Shown here: in pieces, positions 1 through 9,438 of the stretch
Numbering within the stretch: position 1 is the stretch's first letter
Layout: each line of letters starts with the position of its first letter
Virus record (IMG/VR): IMGVR_UViG_3300031669_000014
Coordinates: 16,565 to 80,564 of that record
From: a virus
Strand: one strand, 5' to 3'
DNA length: 64,000 nt
Notes under the pieces: model-generated
Database searches by the model: none
What the model was told of the DNA's origin: nothing
Seen by the model: only the letters and a program-made list of their open reading frames with translations
Position numbers and translations under genes: made by a program

Positions 1-160
1 TCCACTAATATCATCCTTCCTTGGCCTCTGGTTGGGCCGTTCGAGTAAATAGAAAACCACCTCTTGCGAAGTGGTTACTTGCCTTTTTTGCTGCCCTGAC
101 ACGGTTTAGGTATCTCTTTTTTGCCCATAGGTATCTTCCCGCCCATGGCCACCTGTCTTT

Positions 161-892
161 TTAGCCATTTCTTAACTCACCTCGCTTATACTTTTCTAAC
201 TCACTATCCCTATAAAGGTGAATACAAGGGTAATGAGTGTCAAGCCAAATACCGAAGTCATGCGCTGCCGCCCGGATGCAGAAATGCCGGTCCTCTCCCC
301 AATAACTGATATTGTATACCCGGTCGTAATTGATGCCGGCCTGAATAACCGGCTTACTGATCAGGATGCAGGCCCCGGTCATGCCAATGGGGTATAAACC
401 AGGCACGCGCCATTCCTCCAGACGTTTCTCGTGTCTAAATTCAAACATATTATAATCCCAGGCGTTGGGGGCTTCGATGTCATCCGGCGTCCAGCGGGTC
501 CAAATTATCTCGGCGACAATATCCTTCTTGGCATCAAGAAGAGTAATCAGCGTCCGCGGGTGCAGGATAAGGTCGCTGTCCACGAAAAACACATAATCGT
601 AATCATTTCGTTTGGCAAAATCCAGGATACAATTCTTCATTCCGGCAACATGAGATACGTTGGTGCTTGTCCAGTGATGTGAAGCTTCGTCTGTCTTGTA
701 TGGCTCATCCGTGTTGTATTCCGCATAAAAAGACTTGTCCTTTATCAGCGGCAGCAGTTCGGGGCTGTTATGCAAAATAAAAAACCTGTTAACCTCCGCC
801 CCTTCTGGAATTTCGAGATTATCTAAGCTTTCCAGGTATGCTTTGAAGATTTCTTCCTTCTGACGAACCGGAGCCGCTATGAGAATTCTCAT
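161..892 (-). CDS. GT-A fold (GT2-like) glycosyltransferase
   Basis: RILIAAPVRQ start, YVFFVDSDL DxD motif, GACILIS and WGEDRHFC motifs. Confidence 0.85.
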   Translation of the reverse strand: MRILIAAPVRQKEEIFKAYLESLDNLEIPEGAEVNRFFILHNSPELLPLIKDKSFYAEYNTDEPYKTDEASHHWTSTNVSHVAGMKNCILDFAKRNDYDYVFFVDSDLILHPRTLITLLDAKKDIVAEIIWTRWTPDDIEAPNAWDYNMFEFRHEKRLEEWRVPGLYPIGMTGACILISKPVIQAGINYDRVYNISYWGEDRHFCIRAAAHDFGIWLDTHYPCIHLYRDSELEKYKRGELRNG

Positions 893-2133
893 ATATACCT
901 CTCATATACAAACAATATTTGTTCTCCCCCGTCATATAGGACATTTTTTGACGGTACAATGCAGCTATGCTTCAACCTAAACCCGTTTAACTCTTGAGGG
1001 AAAGTGTTTTCGTTTATCGTTACAGGGTGAACGTCTGACGGTGTTTGGTTGTACGGGGTCATAATAACAAGATATTTGTTAGATAACTTTAGTATTTCCT
1101 CTGTTTGGACTACAGGATCAGTAAAATGTTCGAGACAGTTTGACGTTATTACAGCGTCATAGGTTTTCTGGGGCCACTCATGGGTAAAATTGTATCCTGG
1201 GTACATTCCCTTTGCTGTTTTTATAGCGGTTTCCGAAAAATCATACCCCTCTGCGTTATATCCTGCCTTATTCAGCTCTTCTACGCCCTGCCCCATTGCG
1301 CACCCCCAATCAAGAACAGTTGCATTTTCAGGGAATTTCACCACCTCCAGAATACGTTTCATAAAGTATCTTGTCTGTTCTACTCCATCTATGCCAACTC
1401 TCCAATTTTCCTTAAACTCGTTCTCCCACCACTCTTTACTGTTTGTGTCACTGAAAAAAGGTTTAAGGTTCGGATTGTCATCTAAAATACTAAGATACTG
1501 CCCTATTATCCCATATTCACCATCCGGATCAGCCTTTATGTACCTCTCATACTTGGTTTGTCTGTCCTCCGGCGTACTCCACCCCCAGTGTTGAATTTTC
1601 AACCCCGTGCCACTTACCAGATCGCAGGAATTCACCGGTAACCTGCCGCAATGCAGGGCGGTTTCCCGCCAGGTATACTCCTTTCCGGCATCGTACCGGA
1701 CGCACATTACCCAACCCCTGGTATGGGCGTTCCAAAAATCATCATACCTATAATGCGTTGGGCTCCACATATCGTAAAGACTGAACGCAAGCCCATCCGC
1801 GCCGCACTCTTCGGCAGCCTTGACGCAGGCAGGCAGGAGGTCGATATTGTGAATAGTCTCATCAGCATCAAGACAAAGAATCCAATCTCCGTTCCTGGCT
1901 ACCAATGAAGCCATATACCACAGGAACTTGCGCAGGGATACCTCATTTGTGGCCCATATGGGCTCCTGAGAGTAACAAACAATAGCACCGTATTCGAGGC
2001 AGACATTCGGCGTATTGTCGGTGCTGCAATCGTCCAGGACGATGATTTTATCGCATACTTGGCGCATCTGCTCCAAGACCTGCCGAAGCCACCGGTCAGC
2101 CTCATTCCTGACTAGCATCATCCCGATTAGCAT
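889..2133 (-). CDS. GT2 glycosyltransferase fused to class I SAM methyltransferase
   Basis: MMLVRNEA, LDDCSTD and LDADE motifs; C-terminal VLDWGCAMG, GYDFSE and NCLEHF. Confidence 0.85.
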   Translation of the reverse strand: MLIGMMLVRNEADRWLRQVLEQMRQVCDKIIVLDDCSTDNTPNVCLEYGAIVCYSQEPIWATNEVSLRKFLWYMASLVARNGDWILCLDADETIHNIDLLPACVKAAEECGADGLAFSLYDMWSPTHYRYDDFWNAHTRGWVMCVRYDAGKEYTWRETALHCGRLPVNSCDLVSGTGLKIQHWGWSTPEDRQTKYERYIKADPDGEYGIIGQYLSILDDNPNLKPFFSDTNSKEWWENEFKENWRVGIDGVEQTRYFMKRILEVVKFPENATVLDWGCAMGQGVEELNKAGYNAEGYDFSETAIKTAKGMYPGYNFTHEWPQKTYDAVITSNCLEHFTDPVVQTEEILKLSNKYLVIMTPYNQTPSDVHPVTINENTFPQELNGFRLKHSCIVPSKNVLYDGGEQILFVYERYI

Positions 2134-2744
2134 ATAAGCCTCCTATATTCTTTATAATGCCTGTCGGTGATAACCTCGGATCCTACATGCCCGCAACAAA
2201 GGGAAGTGTCCACGTAAACCTTAAACCCGGCATCTCGCACCCGTTTACAAAACCCTAAATCCTCAGCAAGCACCGGCATGGGGAAGAATAATGGTTTCGG
2301 TGTCTGCTCAAGCACCTCTCTCCTAATCAGACAACAGGCCATGCCCACACCCTCAACCTCGGCAAGCCCCTCCGCCCAATCGTCGGCAGTCTGTATCTGT
2401 ACTTTCTCTCCGTCAAACTCAACCCGGGGATAAAAGCAGGGCGTATACGGCTGCATCCGCTTAAAAGCCATCGCTGACACTACCGGTTTATCCCACCTCA
2501 AAAGGCGCTCTATTGTATCCAACCGGGGTTCCATGTCGCTGTCAAGAAAGAACAGCCATTCATAACCTTCTTTTAGGCAGTGCTCGGCAGCCTGCTCCCG
2601 GGCCTCATAGACTAGGCTACTGCCAACAAAGCGGAAGTCCAGCTGATCGCAAAACTGCCGGGTATGAAATAGTAGCTGTGTCCAGGCAACAACGAATTGA
2701 TAAGGGAAAAAGCCGGTATGAGGTACGCAGATCAAGCCTCTCAT
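2127..2744 (-). CDS. GT-A fold glycosyltransferase-like protein
   Basis: WLFFLDSDM DxD motif, GVGMACCLI, AEDLGFC and CGHVG. Confidence 0.8.
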   Translation of the reverse strand: MRGLICVPHTGFFPYQFVVAWTQLLFHTRQFCDQLDFRFVGSSLVYEAREQAAEHCLKEGYEWLFFLDSDMEPRLDTIERLLRWDKPVVSAMAFKRMQPYTPCFYPRVEFDGEKVQIQTADDWAEGLAEVEGVGMACCLIRREVLEQTPKPLFFPMPVLAEDLGFCKRVRDAGFKVYVDTSLCCGHVGSEVITDRHYKEYRRLIC

Positions 2745-4597
2745 GCGTTACCTCCCATTGCCTGCTGCATTTGCTGCATTATTTGGGCCTGCTGATCGGG
2801 AGGTAGTTGCACTAACTCCTGCCGCTGCTCCGGTGACAGTTGGCTTAATAGTTGCTGCGGGTCTACTCGCCCCGGTGCTTGCCCTGGCATTTGTTGCTCC
2901 GGTGTTGTAAGCATAGTCTGAAAATCCTCCGGATTAAGTTGAATCCCCGCCATTGCAGCCGCCTGGATCTGCCCACTGACAGGCAAGTCTCGCATACTGA
3001 TTGACACATTCGGCAAGTCAGTCGGCACCGGAGGAGTATTGGCTTTCTGCTGTTCGATCTGCTTTATTTCATCAATCAACTCTTGTTTTTGCGGTATAAC
3101 ACCGTTTGGAATCCTCTCCAGGTACTGTAAGAAGTTTATTTTCTCAGCTTGCAGCAGGTTATCAAGGGTCTGCATGGCAGTAATTTCGCTCCAATAAGAG
3201 GAAGGGCCCACATCAACCTTGAGCTTTAAGCGCATATCTTTAAGCCGGTTAAAGTCAAACGGCACTACCTGGCGTTGCCCGTTGGTGCTAATCGAGATAT
3301 TTCTTTTCCCGTATTTCGTTGCCATCATATCAAGCCAAATATACCCGATATCCTCAACGAACTGGTATAGATTGGCCTTGATTGTCTCCAGGGGGACAGC
3401 CGCCGCCTGCTGGACTGCGATAATAGCCGCGTGGTTATCCGGCTTCACGTCGCCCAGGGCAGCGTCTGACGCTCCTAGCATGTCCTTGGTATAGTTAATA
3501 CTCGCGTCAATGACTTGCATTACCTGATTTGACATATTCCCAGGCTGCAAGAATGCCGCCACTTTGTTAACGTCTTGCCCACCAGTAACAGGAATAGCCT
3601 GCCCGATCTGATTATTCCACTCCTTGATAAGACTGGAATCGTATACTGCCTTGGGGAATGCGTTGTACATAAGGTTAAGCATGACCATGGCAAACATCTT
3701 GTTAATGAAAATCTGATTCGGAACCAGGCCGGTTCCTACCGCCTGCCCGTGATAACTGTTCTTACGCTTATCCCAATTCATCCAGGCAATGGGATAAAGT
3801 TTCTGGCCGGTATCGACGTTCTCCCGGATTGTTACCGCCCGGGTGGATTTGTTCCACCAAATCGTTTTCGTTTTCGGATCGCGCCAAAACTTAATGATCG
3901 CCGTAGTCTTGCCGGTATTCTCACCGGAGGTGTCAAGCTCAATCTTGGCCATGTCACCGGATTGCTCCTGAGTGTCGGTATCACCACTGATCATGTTGAC
4001 CTTATATTCCTCAACGCCGTTTTTACGGGCCTCATCCCGAAGGCTAGAAACCAATTCCCTAAAAGAGATGATATTATAAGGCTGCTTCTGTACCCGGTAA
4101 TCATTAGGATTGCCAAAAAAGACATTGACATTATCCGGCAGTTCAATCTCGTTGTCACCTTGAGCCTCCTGGCCGGTGTCAATCTCGGGATTCCACCAGC
4201 AGTAAGCGCAAGCATCACCGGAAAGAGCAGCATCCAATAGCACCTGCCGGAGGTTATTGTCCATCTTCAAATTTTCCCAAAGGGTTTCGCTGTATTTAGA
4301 GATGATTTCCGCAGCCTGCTTGACCTCCAGTTCCTGCGGGTCCTGCGTATCGTCGCCGATATTCTCCGGCGTAAACTGCATCTTTACCGCGCTGGACATG
4401 ATAGCGGCAATGAAGTAGTTAATAATGCGCTTGAAGATATTAAATACCGGAGTTGGGAGGCCGTTGGATACTACCCCTTTCCACTGATCGCCTGCATACA
4501 TGCGCTCGTTGCGGTCAACGGTGGCGCCCAGGTCAATCTTGCGGTTGTAATCCTTGCCTTTTTCGTATAGATCCCATTCGCGCGTTGTGTCGCTCAT
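2741..4597 (-). CDS. Portal protein (P22-like)
   Basis: 618 aa after terL; YAGDQW...PVFNIFKRIIN N-terminus; Gln-rich tail. Confidence 0.85.
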   Translation of the reverse strand: MSDTTREWDLYEKGKDYNRKIDLGATVDRNERMYAGDQWKGVVSNGLPTPVFNIFKRIINYFIAAIMSSAVKMQFTPENIGDDTQDPQELEVKQAAEIISKYSETLWENLKMDNNLRQVLLDAALSGDACAYCWWNPEIDTGQEAQGDNEIELPDNVNVFFGNPNDYRVQKQPYNIISFRELVSSLRDEARKNGVEEYKVNMISGDTDTQEQSGDMAKIELDTSGENTGKTTAIIKFWRDPKTKTIWWNKSTRAVTIRENVDTGQKLYPIAWMNWDKRKNSYHGQAVGTGLVPNQIFINKMFAMVMLNLMYNAFPKAVYDSSLIKEWNNQIGQAIPVTGGQDVNKVAAFLQPGNMSNQVMQVIDASINYTKDMLGASDAALGDVKPDNHAAIIAVQQAAAVPLETIKANLYQFVEDIGYIWLDMMATKYGKRNISISTNGQRQVVPFDFNRLKDMRLKLKVDVGPSSYWSEITAMQTLDNLLQAEKINFLQYLERIPNGVIPQKQELIDEIKQIEQQKANTPPVPTDLPNVSISMRDLPVSGQIQAAAMAGIQLNPEDFQTMLTTPEQQMPGQAPGRVDPQQLLSQLSPEQRQELVQLPPDQQAQIMQQMQQAMGGNA

Positions 4598-4848
4598 TCT
4601 TTCACCACCTCTTGAGGCGTTCCATCATAGGCGAGGAGATTAGCCAACCCGTCACGGAACTTGTCCTGCTCCTGCTTTGTCTGCTTAGCCTCCCGGTGCT
4701 CCTGCATGGCCTTAATAGGCCCCTTAATCGGAACTGGTGTCTTACCCTGTCCAACGGCTAGGCCGTCCTGTAGGCCGCGCCTATAGGCCATTAAGGGGCA
4801 TAGGAAAAGGCACAGCCCAAAGGCGATGCCCATGATAGTGTATTCCAT
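4594..4848 (-). CDS. Small membrane protein
   Basis: AGGAGG RBS before ATG 4848; N-terminal hydrophobic helix. Confidence 0.65.
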   Translation of the reverse strand: MEYTIMGIAFGLCLFLCPLMAYRRGLQDGLAVGQGKTPVPIKGPIKAMQEHREAKQTKQEQDKFRDGLANLLAYDGTPQEVVKE

Positions 4849-4858
4849 TGTCAACCTC

Positions 4859-6193
4859 CTAGTAGTTGATATAGCTATTATCAGGTTTCGCCCCGGTGTA
4901 GGGGTCAGGCTTTGGCTTCTCGTGCTTCCAATTATAACGCTGCGGCTTCGCTTTCTCTTCATCTCTGAACTGCAAGCACTCATAATTCATGGCATATCGC
5001 GCCGCATCAATCGTATGGTTATTCTTGTCTGGATAGTTGGCCTTGAAGTTACCATTTACATCCTTCTCCAACTCGTAGTTCATAAACTCCCTGGCTGTCT
5101 CCGGGCACCGCTTGTCGTCGATAATGATAGCTTCCAGGTCTTGCAGGAACTTGATGCCATACTCTACGCTATCCGGTCCCTTCTTGACCGGCGCCACCCT
5201 GAGCCCATACTGGCATAGCTCATTGATACTCTTCGGTTCCGCTGAGTCTGCCAGGATTGGCTCGTTGGAGGTATTCTCCTGTTCAATATGAGTATATGCT
5301 GAGTGGTTTGAAAGCCCAACCTTGTAGTATTCATGGTAGATAAATAGCCGCTTTAACTTACGGTTATAGCTGCAAACGAGATAAGCAAATGGGTCAATCG
5401 CATACCCGAAGTCCATTCCGCGGCGTATGGTCTCAAACTCTGCTATCTCCTCATCGCTGATTGGCCGGATCTGAACATTGCCAAATACCTCACCTCCGGT
5501 ACCGGTAACCTCTCCAAGGTACTCATGGTTATAAGACGTTTCTTTTGTAGCCTTGAGGTGTTCAGCCTCGGCGATAAACTGCTCACCCAGCCAGGCCGGC
5601 GGGACCGTCAAATAGCTGCTGTGATGCACAAGCCTATCTTCCCGGGTGAGCTGAACCTCCGTATTAACCCAGTTGGCGGCAGACTTTGGCGGGTTGTAGG
5701 TGTAGAACACCACAAATTTAGAACCGCCACGAAGTAGTGTCTGGTTAATCATCCGTATTTCTTCGGTTCCGTTAAACTCATCAACTTCCTCGTACCAGAA
5801 GAACTTGCAATAGCCGCGCCTAAAGGTGAAAGACTTGATTTTCTTCGGATTATCTGCACCCCGGAATAGGATTTTCTGGCCGGTTGGAATATATGTCAGG
5901 CTTAACGGGCTAGTATTCTGATGCCAATACCGTTCCACCCCTAGCGCATCTATTGCCCAGCATAGTTGTACGTATACGCTATCCTTGAGCGTATCCTTGA
6001 CCTTCCGCAGGGCGCAGGCGTTGGCGTTAGGGTCCTTCATTATGCCCAGAATTATTTCTATAGCTGCAAAGGTTGACTTGGTGCTGCCCCGGCCACCTTT
6101 GGCCCAATAATGAGTATGCCCACCTCGTTTGATGTCGGCATGAACCGGGTGGAATGACGGAGCTACTAGGTTTGAGATGCGAATTTCAGCCAT
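4859..6193 (-). CDS. terL: Terminase large subunit, PBSX family
   Basis: GGRGSTKS Walker A, WYEEVDE Walker B, TYNPP, GMDFG and NHTIDAARY nuclease motifs. Confidence 0.95.
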   Translation of the reverse strand: MAEIRISNLVAPSFHPVHADIKRGGHTHYWAKGGRGSTKSTFAAIEIILGIMKDPNANACALRKVKDTLKDSVYVQLCWAIDALGVERYWHQNTSPLSLTYIPTGQKILFRGADNPKKIKSFTFRRGYCKFFWYEEVDEFNGTEEIRMINQTLLRGGSKFVVFYTYNPPKSAANWVNTEVQLTREDRLVHHSSYLTVPPAWLGEQFIAEAEHLKATKETSYNHEYLGEVTGTGGEVFGNVQIRPISDEEIAEFETIRRGMDFGYAIDPFAYLVCSYNRKLKRLFIYHEYYKVGLSNHSAYTHIEQENTSNEPILADSAEPKSINELCQYGLRVAPVKKGPDSVEYGIKFLQDLEAIIIDDKRCPETAREFMNYELEKDVNGNFKANYPDKNNHTIDAARYAMNYECLQFRDEEKAKPQRYNWKHEKPKPDPYTGAKPDNSYINY

Positions 6194-6292
6194 AAAATAT
6201 ACACTCTCACTATCATTTTCTAGCAGAATTAAGCAGAAAAACCGCGTAGTATCCTAAAAGTAAGGATTAATACGGCTTTGAGGCTACTTCCT

Positions 6293-6320
6293 GGTTTACA
6301 TAATGCTGATTAGTGGAACA
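6293..6320 (-). other. dif-like Xer recombination site (phage A)
   Basis: Minus strand TGTTCCACTAA-TCAGCA-TTATGTAAACC: 11-6-11 layout with a XerD-type TTATGTAAA arm. Confidence 0.8.
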
Positions 6321-6326
6321 TGCCCA

Positions 6327-6830
6327 CTATTTTTCAATGTCGTCAATTATCTTTACTGCCAATTCCCCAGTAACATTTAGGTTTTCCGTAAACATGCCCA
6401 GGTGACGGCCAAGAAGTTCCAAAGCCCCTTTCTTGTCGTGGAGCTTGAACTTGACGCTATTGCCATTCTGTGTGGCAGTTTGAGACACTTCGGCAACACA
6501 GGCAAGCTCATCCTCCCCGAGTGCTTCCGAAGGTTCCAGCGACACAGAATCACCGGACCACTTCGCATATTTACCGATATTTGAGAAGCCCATCTTTGCA
6601 AGTTCCGCAACTACCATATCGGCAGTTACAAGGGTGCGTTTCTCCCTATTCTTCATAGCTTCCTGTATTGCGGCCTGAACGTCAACAAAGGTCAACAACC
6701 TCTGACCAATAGATTTAGCTGTCCTAGGTGAATAGCCGGCACGAATTGCAGCCTGAGTAGCATTAAGATCCACAAGATACTCAGCCACAAACATTTTCTG
6801 TTTTGGCGTCAACTCCCTTGCTATCGGCAT
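6327..6830 (-). CDS. terS: Terminase small subunit
   Basis: LTPKQKMFVAEYLVDLNATQAAIRAGYS and KLHDKKGALELLGRHLGMF. Confidence 0.95.
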   Translation of the reverse strand: MPIARELTPKQKMFVAEYLVDLNATQAAIRAGYSPRTAKSIGQRLLTFVDVQAAIQEAMKNREKRTLVTADMVVAELAKMGFSNIGKYAKWSGDSVSLEPSEALGEDELACVAEVSQTATQNGNSVKFKLHDKKGALELLGRHLGMFTENLNVTGELAVKIIDDIEK

Positions 6831-6860
6831 TTTCCTTCACCTCCAAAATCTCTCCACGCC

Positions 6861-7082
6861 TCACAGCGTCCCCTGTGCGCCCCGCAAACTATCGCGCTGG
6901 TATGCTTCATGGAACAGTTTATTTAATTCATCGTCGCCCATCTTCCCCAGTTCGGTTTTATCCATCTGGTATTCCCGTGCGATAAAATCAACTTGGTTCT
7001 GCCTCTCCTCATTCCATTTCCGGAACTTATCTATAACCGTCAGTGGGCTGCATTCCCTGAAAGCCAATGCCATCTTTCTCAC
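6861..7082 (-). CDS. Hypothetical protein
   Basis: ORF in operon context; related DNA at ~49740-49890. Confidence 0.5.
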   Translation of the reverse strand: MRKMALAFRECSPLTVIDKFRKWNEERQNQVDFIAREYQMDKTELGKMGDDELNKLFHEAYQRDSLRGAQGTL

Positions 7083-7150
7083 CCCGTTCCCTATTTACGC
7101 CAAGCCATGTGTTCAGTTGGTTGATTCGCCGACATTGTGCCAGGCTTTTT

Positions 7151-7399
7151 TTAAACTACCTTCAATCTTTTCCGTCTTGTCTTACTTACATCTTCCGTGT
7201 ATTCTTGCTTTGCAAACTCCTTCGGCGAAACAATGAGATATCTGTCATCTCTGGCGTGTTTTTCTAGTTTCATTTCCTCGTCATATGTTTGGATGTAGAC
7301 GTTGACAGCGCCTATCACGATATTGTTATCTCTAATAAATCGTACAAACTCATCTGCGATCCTCTCAGGCGTCAGCCCTTTCTCATATTTAATTCTCAT
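7151..7399 (-). CDS. Hypothetical protein
   Basis: ATGA overlap with the upstream gene. Confidence 0.55.
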   Translation of the reverse strand: MRIKYEKGLTPERIADEFVRFIRDNNIVIGAVNVYIQTYDEEMKLEKHARDDRYLIVSPKEFAKQEYTEDVSKTRRKRLKVV

Positions 7400-7884
7400 T
7401 TCGCAACCCCCCGTTTAATAAGTTCCCGGGAAATAAAATAACCTTCTTTTGTGTATGCAAGAAGGTCATGGTCTTTCAGTTTGGCTATAATTGCCTGTGT
7501 GGTTTTGTAACTCTTTCCGAACACCTTCATGATGTCAGCAAACTTCATTTGCCGCTTTCCCCTGCCATATATGAGTTTACCGGTTCCCCATTCGATATAA
7601 GGAGTGAGATATATCAAATACCCCGTAGCTTCCGCTGGAAGCCCGCCTTTCATGAGCCGTATAAGTTCCTCTATCATAATCATTGCATAAGGCTTCTTGC
7701 CACCTGTATGCTTTGGAGCATTGGCCTTTTTGCGTGTATGCCAGAAGGTGTAAATTGGCTCTGGCAGTTCCGGGTGTTGGACCTGGACATATTCACTGCT
7801 ACCACATTTCTCCCGGCTCAGTATAAACTCGTCCTTTATGGCGTTTCGTTCGCCAGAGATATACTTTGCAATATCACTCCTCAC
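7396..7884 (-). CDS. Winged-helix protein, RepL-like
   Basis: C-terminal HTH-like segment followed by GYFISREL wing; syntenic with the RepL-like gene of phage B. Confidence 0.5.
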   Translation of the reverse strand: MRSDIAKYISGERNAIKDEFILSREKCGSSEYVQVQHPELPEPIYTFWHTRKKANAPKHTGGKKPYAMIMIEELIRLMKGGLPAEATGYLIYLTPYIEWGTGKLIYGRGKRQMKFADIMKVFGKSYKTTQAIIAKLKDHDLLAYTKEGYFISRELIKRGVAK

Positions 7885-8199
7885 ATAATCTCAGCTCCTT
7901 GTTTTGACCCCAAAGAAATACATTATAAAAGGAATTGCATGTCCGATTGCCCTTCGCGCTTACTGGCTGTAAGGCTGAATGCTGTTTTTGGCATGGATAG
8001 ATTTTATCCATGGCACCGCTTGCGAAAATAATTTAAAATTTTCCCTTGCGGGATCTCCGGCCTGGTCGCCCAGGTCGCGGAGATTATTCTAAGCCGGGCT
8101 TGTGGCAACCTGCATATTACCGGCTGATGTTTCGCGCGGGGCCTGCGAACGCGCAAGCCCATATAATAAATCAACCGGTTGGGGTATATACGCACAAAT

Positions 8200-8296
8200 A
8201 AAAGCACCCTCGCGGGTGCGGTGTTCTCGTGTGGGGCTGTTGACGCAACCCCACGGGATGATGTCCAATGTCAATTTATAAATGGGCGTGCTATAC
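8200..8296 (-). ncRNA. Short structured transcript or late-operon leader ending in an intrinsic terminator (phage A)
   Basis: Stem GUGGGGUUG/CAGCCCCAC, then terminator GCACCC-GCGA-GGGUGC-UUUU; conserved at 51795-51891. Confidence 0.6.
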
Positions 8297-8302
8297 ACCA
8301 CT

Positions 8303-8332
8303 ACCATACCATGTCCAATATTCGGCTGTCAA
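8303..8332 (-). promoter_or_regulatory. sigmaA-type promoter
   Basis: TTGACA-18 nt-TATGGT; phage B copy is TTGACA-17 nt-TATGTT. Confidence 0.6.
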
Positions 8333-8613
8333 CACTCCATATACAAACTCCTGAAGTTTTTCGGCGGCTTCTTGCGTTTTTTACATTTACTTTTGGAGCT
8401 CCTACCAGACGCCTCCCCCGGCGGCAAAGCCTCCTTCTCCTTCCGATCCGGCGGGCTTGTCTTGGCCCACCAGCACCAAAATCCGTCAGATTCCCACGGA
8501 TCTTCTTGCTCGTTCCTCTCCCGGATAGCCTCCACACTGGCAGCAGCGGACTTGTTGACTGATCGCTTCGCTGCCTCGTTGGCCTGAATTAGATGATCAT
8601 CCATCCATGCCAC
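8329..8613 (-). CDS. Conserved hypothetical protein with Lys-rich tail
   Basis: Close homolog at 51923-52219 with the same frame preserved. Confidence 0.65.
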   Translation of the reverse strand: MAWMDDHLIQANEAAKRSVNKSAAASVEAIRERNEQEDPWESDGFWCWWAKTSPPDRKEKEALPPGEASGRSSKSKCKKRKKPPKNFRSLYMEC

Positions 8614-8683
8614 CCCCTAATAGATACTGTACTTAAGAGATTGTCTATGCCCCGTGAGGGGTATTATTTTTGTCTATTTGTCT

Positions 8684-9004
8684 TTAAAGGAAATACAATA
8701 AAGTATTTATCCCTATATGCCCTGCCTGATCATAATAAATTAAGTGCCAATGTGCATCGTCTCTTGGTTGTTGTGATTTCCACCAATCAATCAACATATG
8801 CGTGGCAAGAATTACTCCAAATTTCCAGTCTGTATATCTACCGAAATAGAACAAAACAGCAGACAAAATAGTTGCGTAAATGATTGCATGGGCAAAGAGA
8901 ATATATACACGCCTGCCTTTCATTTGTGCTACAAAGTCACCCTGTAAGGGGAAATCAGCTACATAGTGTGCCCCTAATAAAAATATGATGGGCGTAATCA
9001 TCAC
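8684..9004 (-). CDS. DUF3307-like membrane protein
   Basis: AHYVADFPLQ, H..IY, HMLID and DQAGH motifs. Confidence 0.8.
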   Translation of the reverse strand: MMITPIIFLLGAHYVADFPLQGDFVAQMKGRRVYILFAHAIIYATILSAVLFYFGRYTDWKFGVILATHMLIDWWKSQQPRDDAHWHLIYYDQAGHIGINTLLYFL

Positions 9005-9438
9005 TTCCCAGCCCCCTTCCTTTTAATCCAAATTAACGCATCTGCAACCGCATCCTCCCTACTCTCACCTGCGAACGTCTTGTATATCGTTTGTACCGTA
9101 GCCGACAGCCAGTAGATGTCGCAGCCATACCCACCGTCCTTCAACGTCACCGAGTCGGCGTTCCAGCCGCGTTTTTCAATCTCTGTCAGGAGTTGCGAGA
9201 GACGGGGTGCGAAGATGTGTTGTTGTACTATTTTTCTAATTGCTTCTTCTGCATCTTCCCCACTAAATCCAGAACCCCATTTTCCGCTATACACGAATTT
9301 ATTTCCAGGATATCTATAGGTATGCGTAAATCCAGCGTTATCTTTGTATGGATAATTATAATAAAAACAATCACTTTGGGTATATTCCCACAACAACCCC
9401 GCAACTTTTAGCGCCTTTGCCTTCTCTAGGCTAATCAT
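9001..9438 (-). CDS. Hypothetical phage protein, paralog of 9435-9806
   Basis: Shared SLEKAKALK.AGL.W and FAP.LSQLL.EIEKR motifs. Confidence 0.7.
   Translation of the reverse strand: MISLEKAKALKVAGLLWEYTQSDCFYYNYPYKDNAGFTHTYRYPGNKFVYSGKWGSGFSGEDAEEAIRKIVQQHIFAPRLSQLLTEIEKRGWNADSVTLKDGGYGCDIYWLSATVQTIYKTFAGESREDAVADALIWIKRKGAGK

Noticed and set aside
1-10. TCCACTAAT matching part of the dif-like left arm
   Set aside because: Truncated by the window edge and not followed by the spacer or TTATGT arm
3219-5737. Plus-strand ORFs opposite portal and terL (and similar antisense ORFs throughout)
   Set aside because: Shadow frames of well-supported minus-strand genes, with no RBS or motifs
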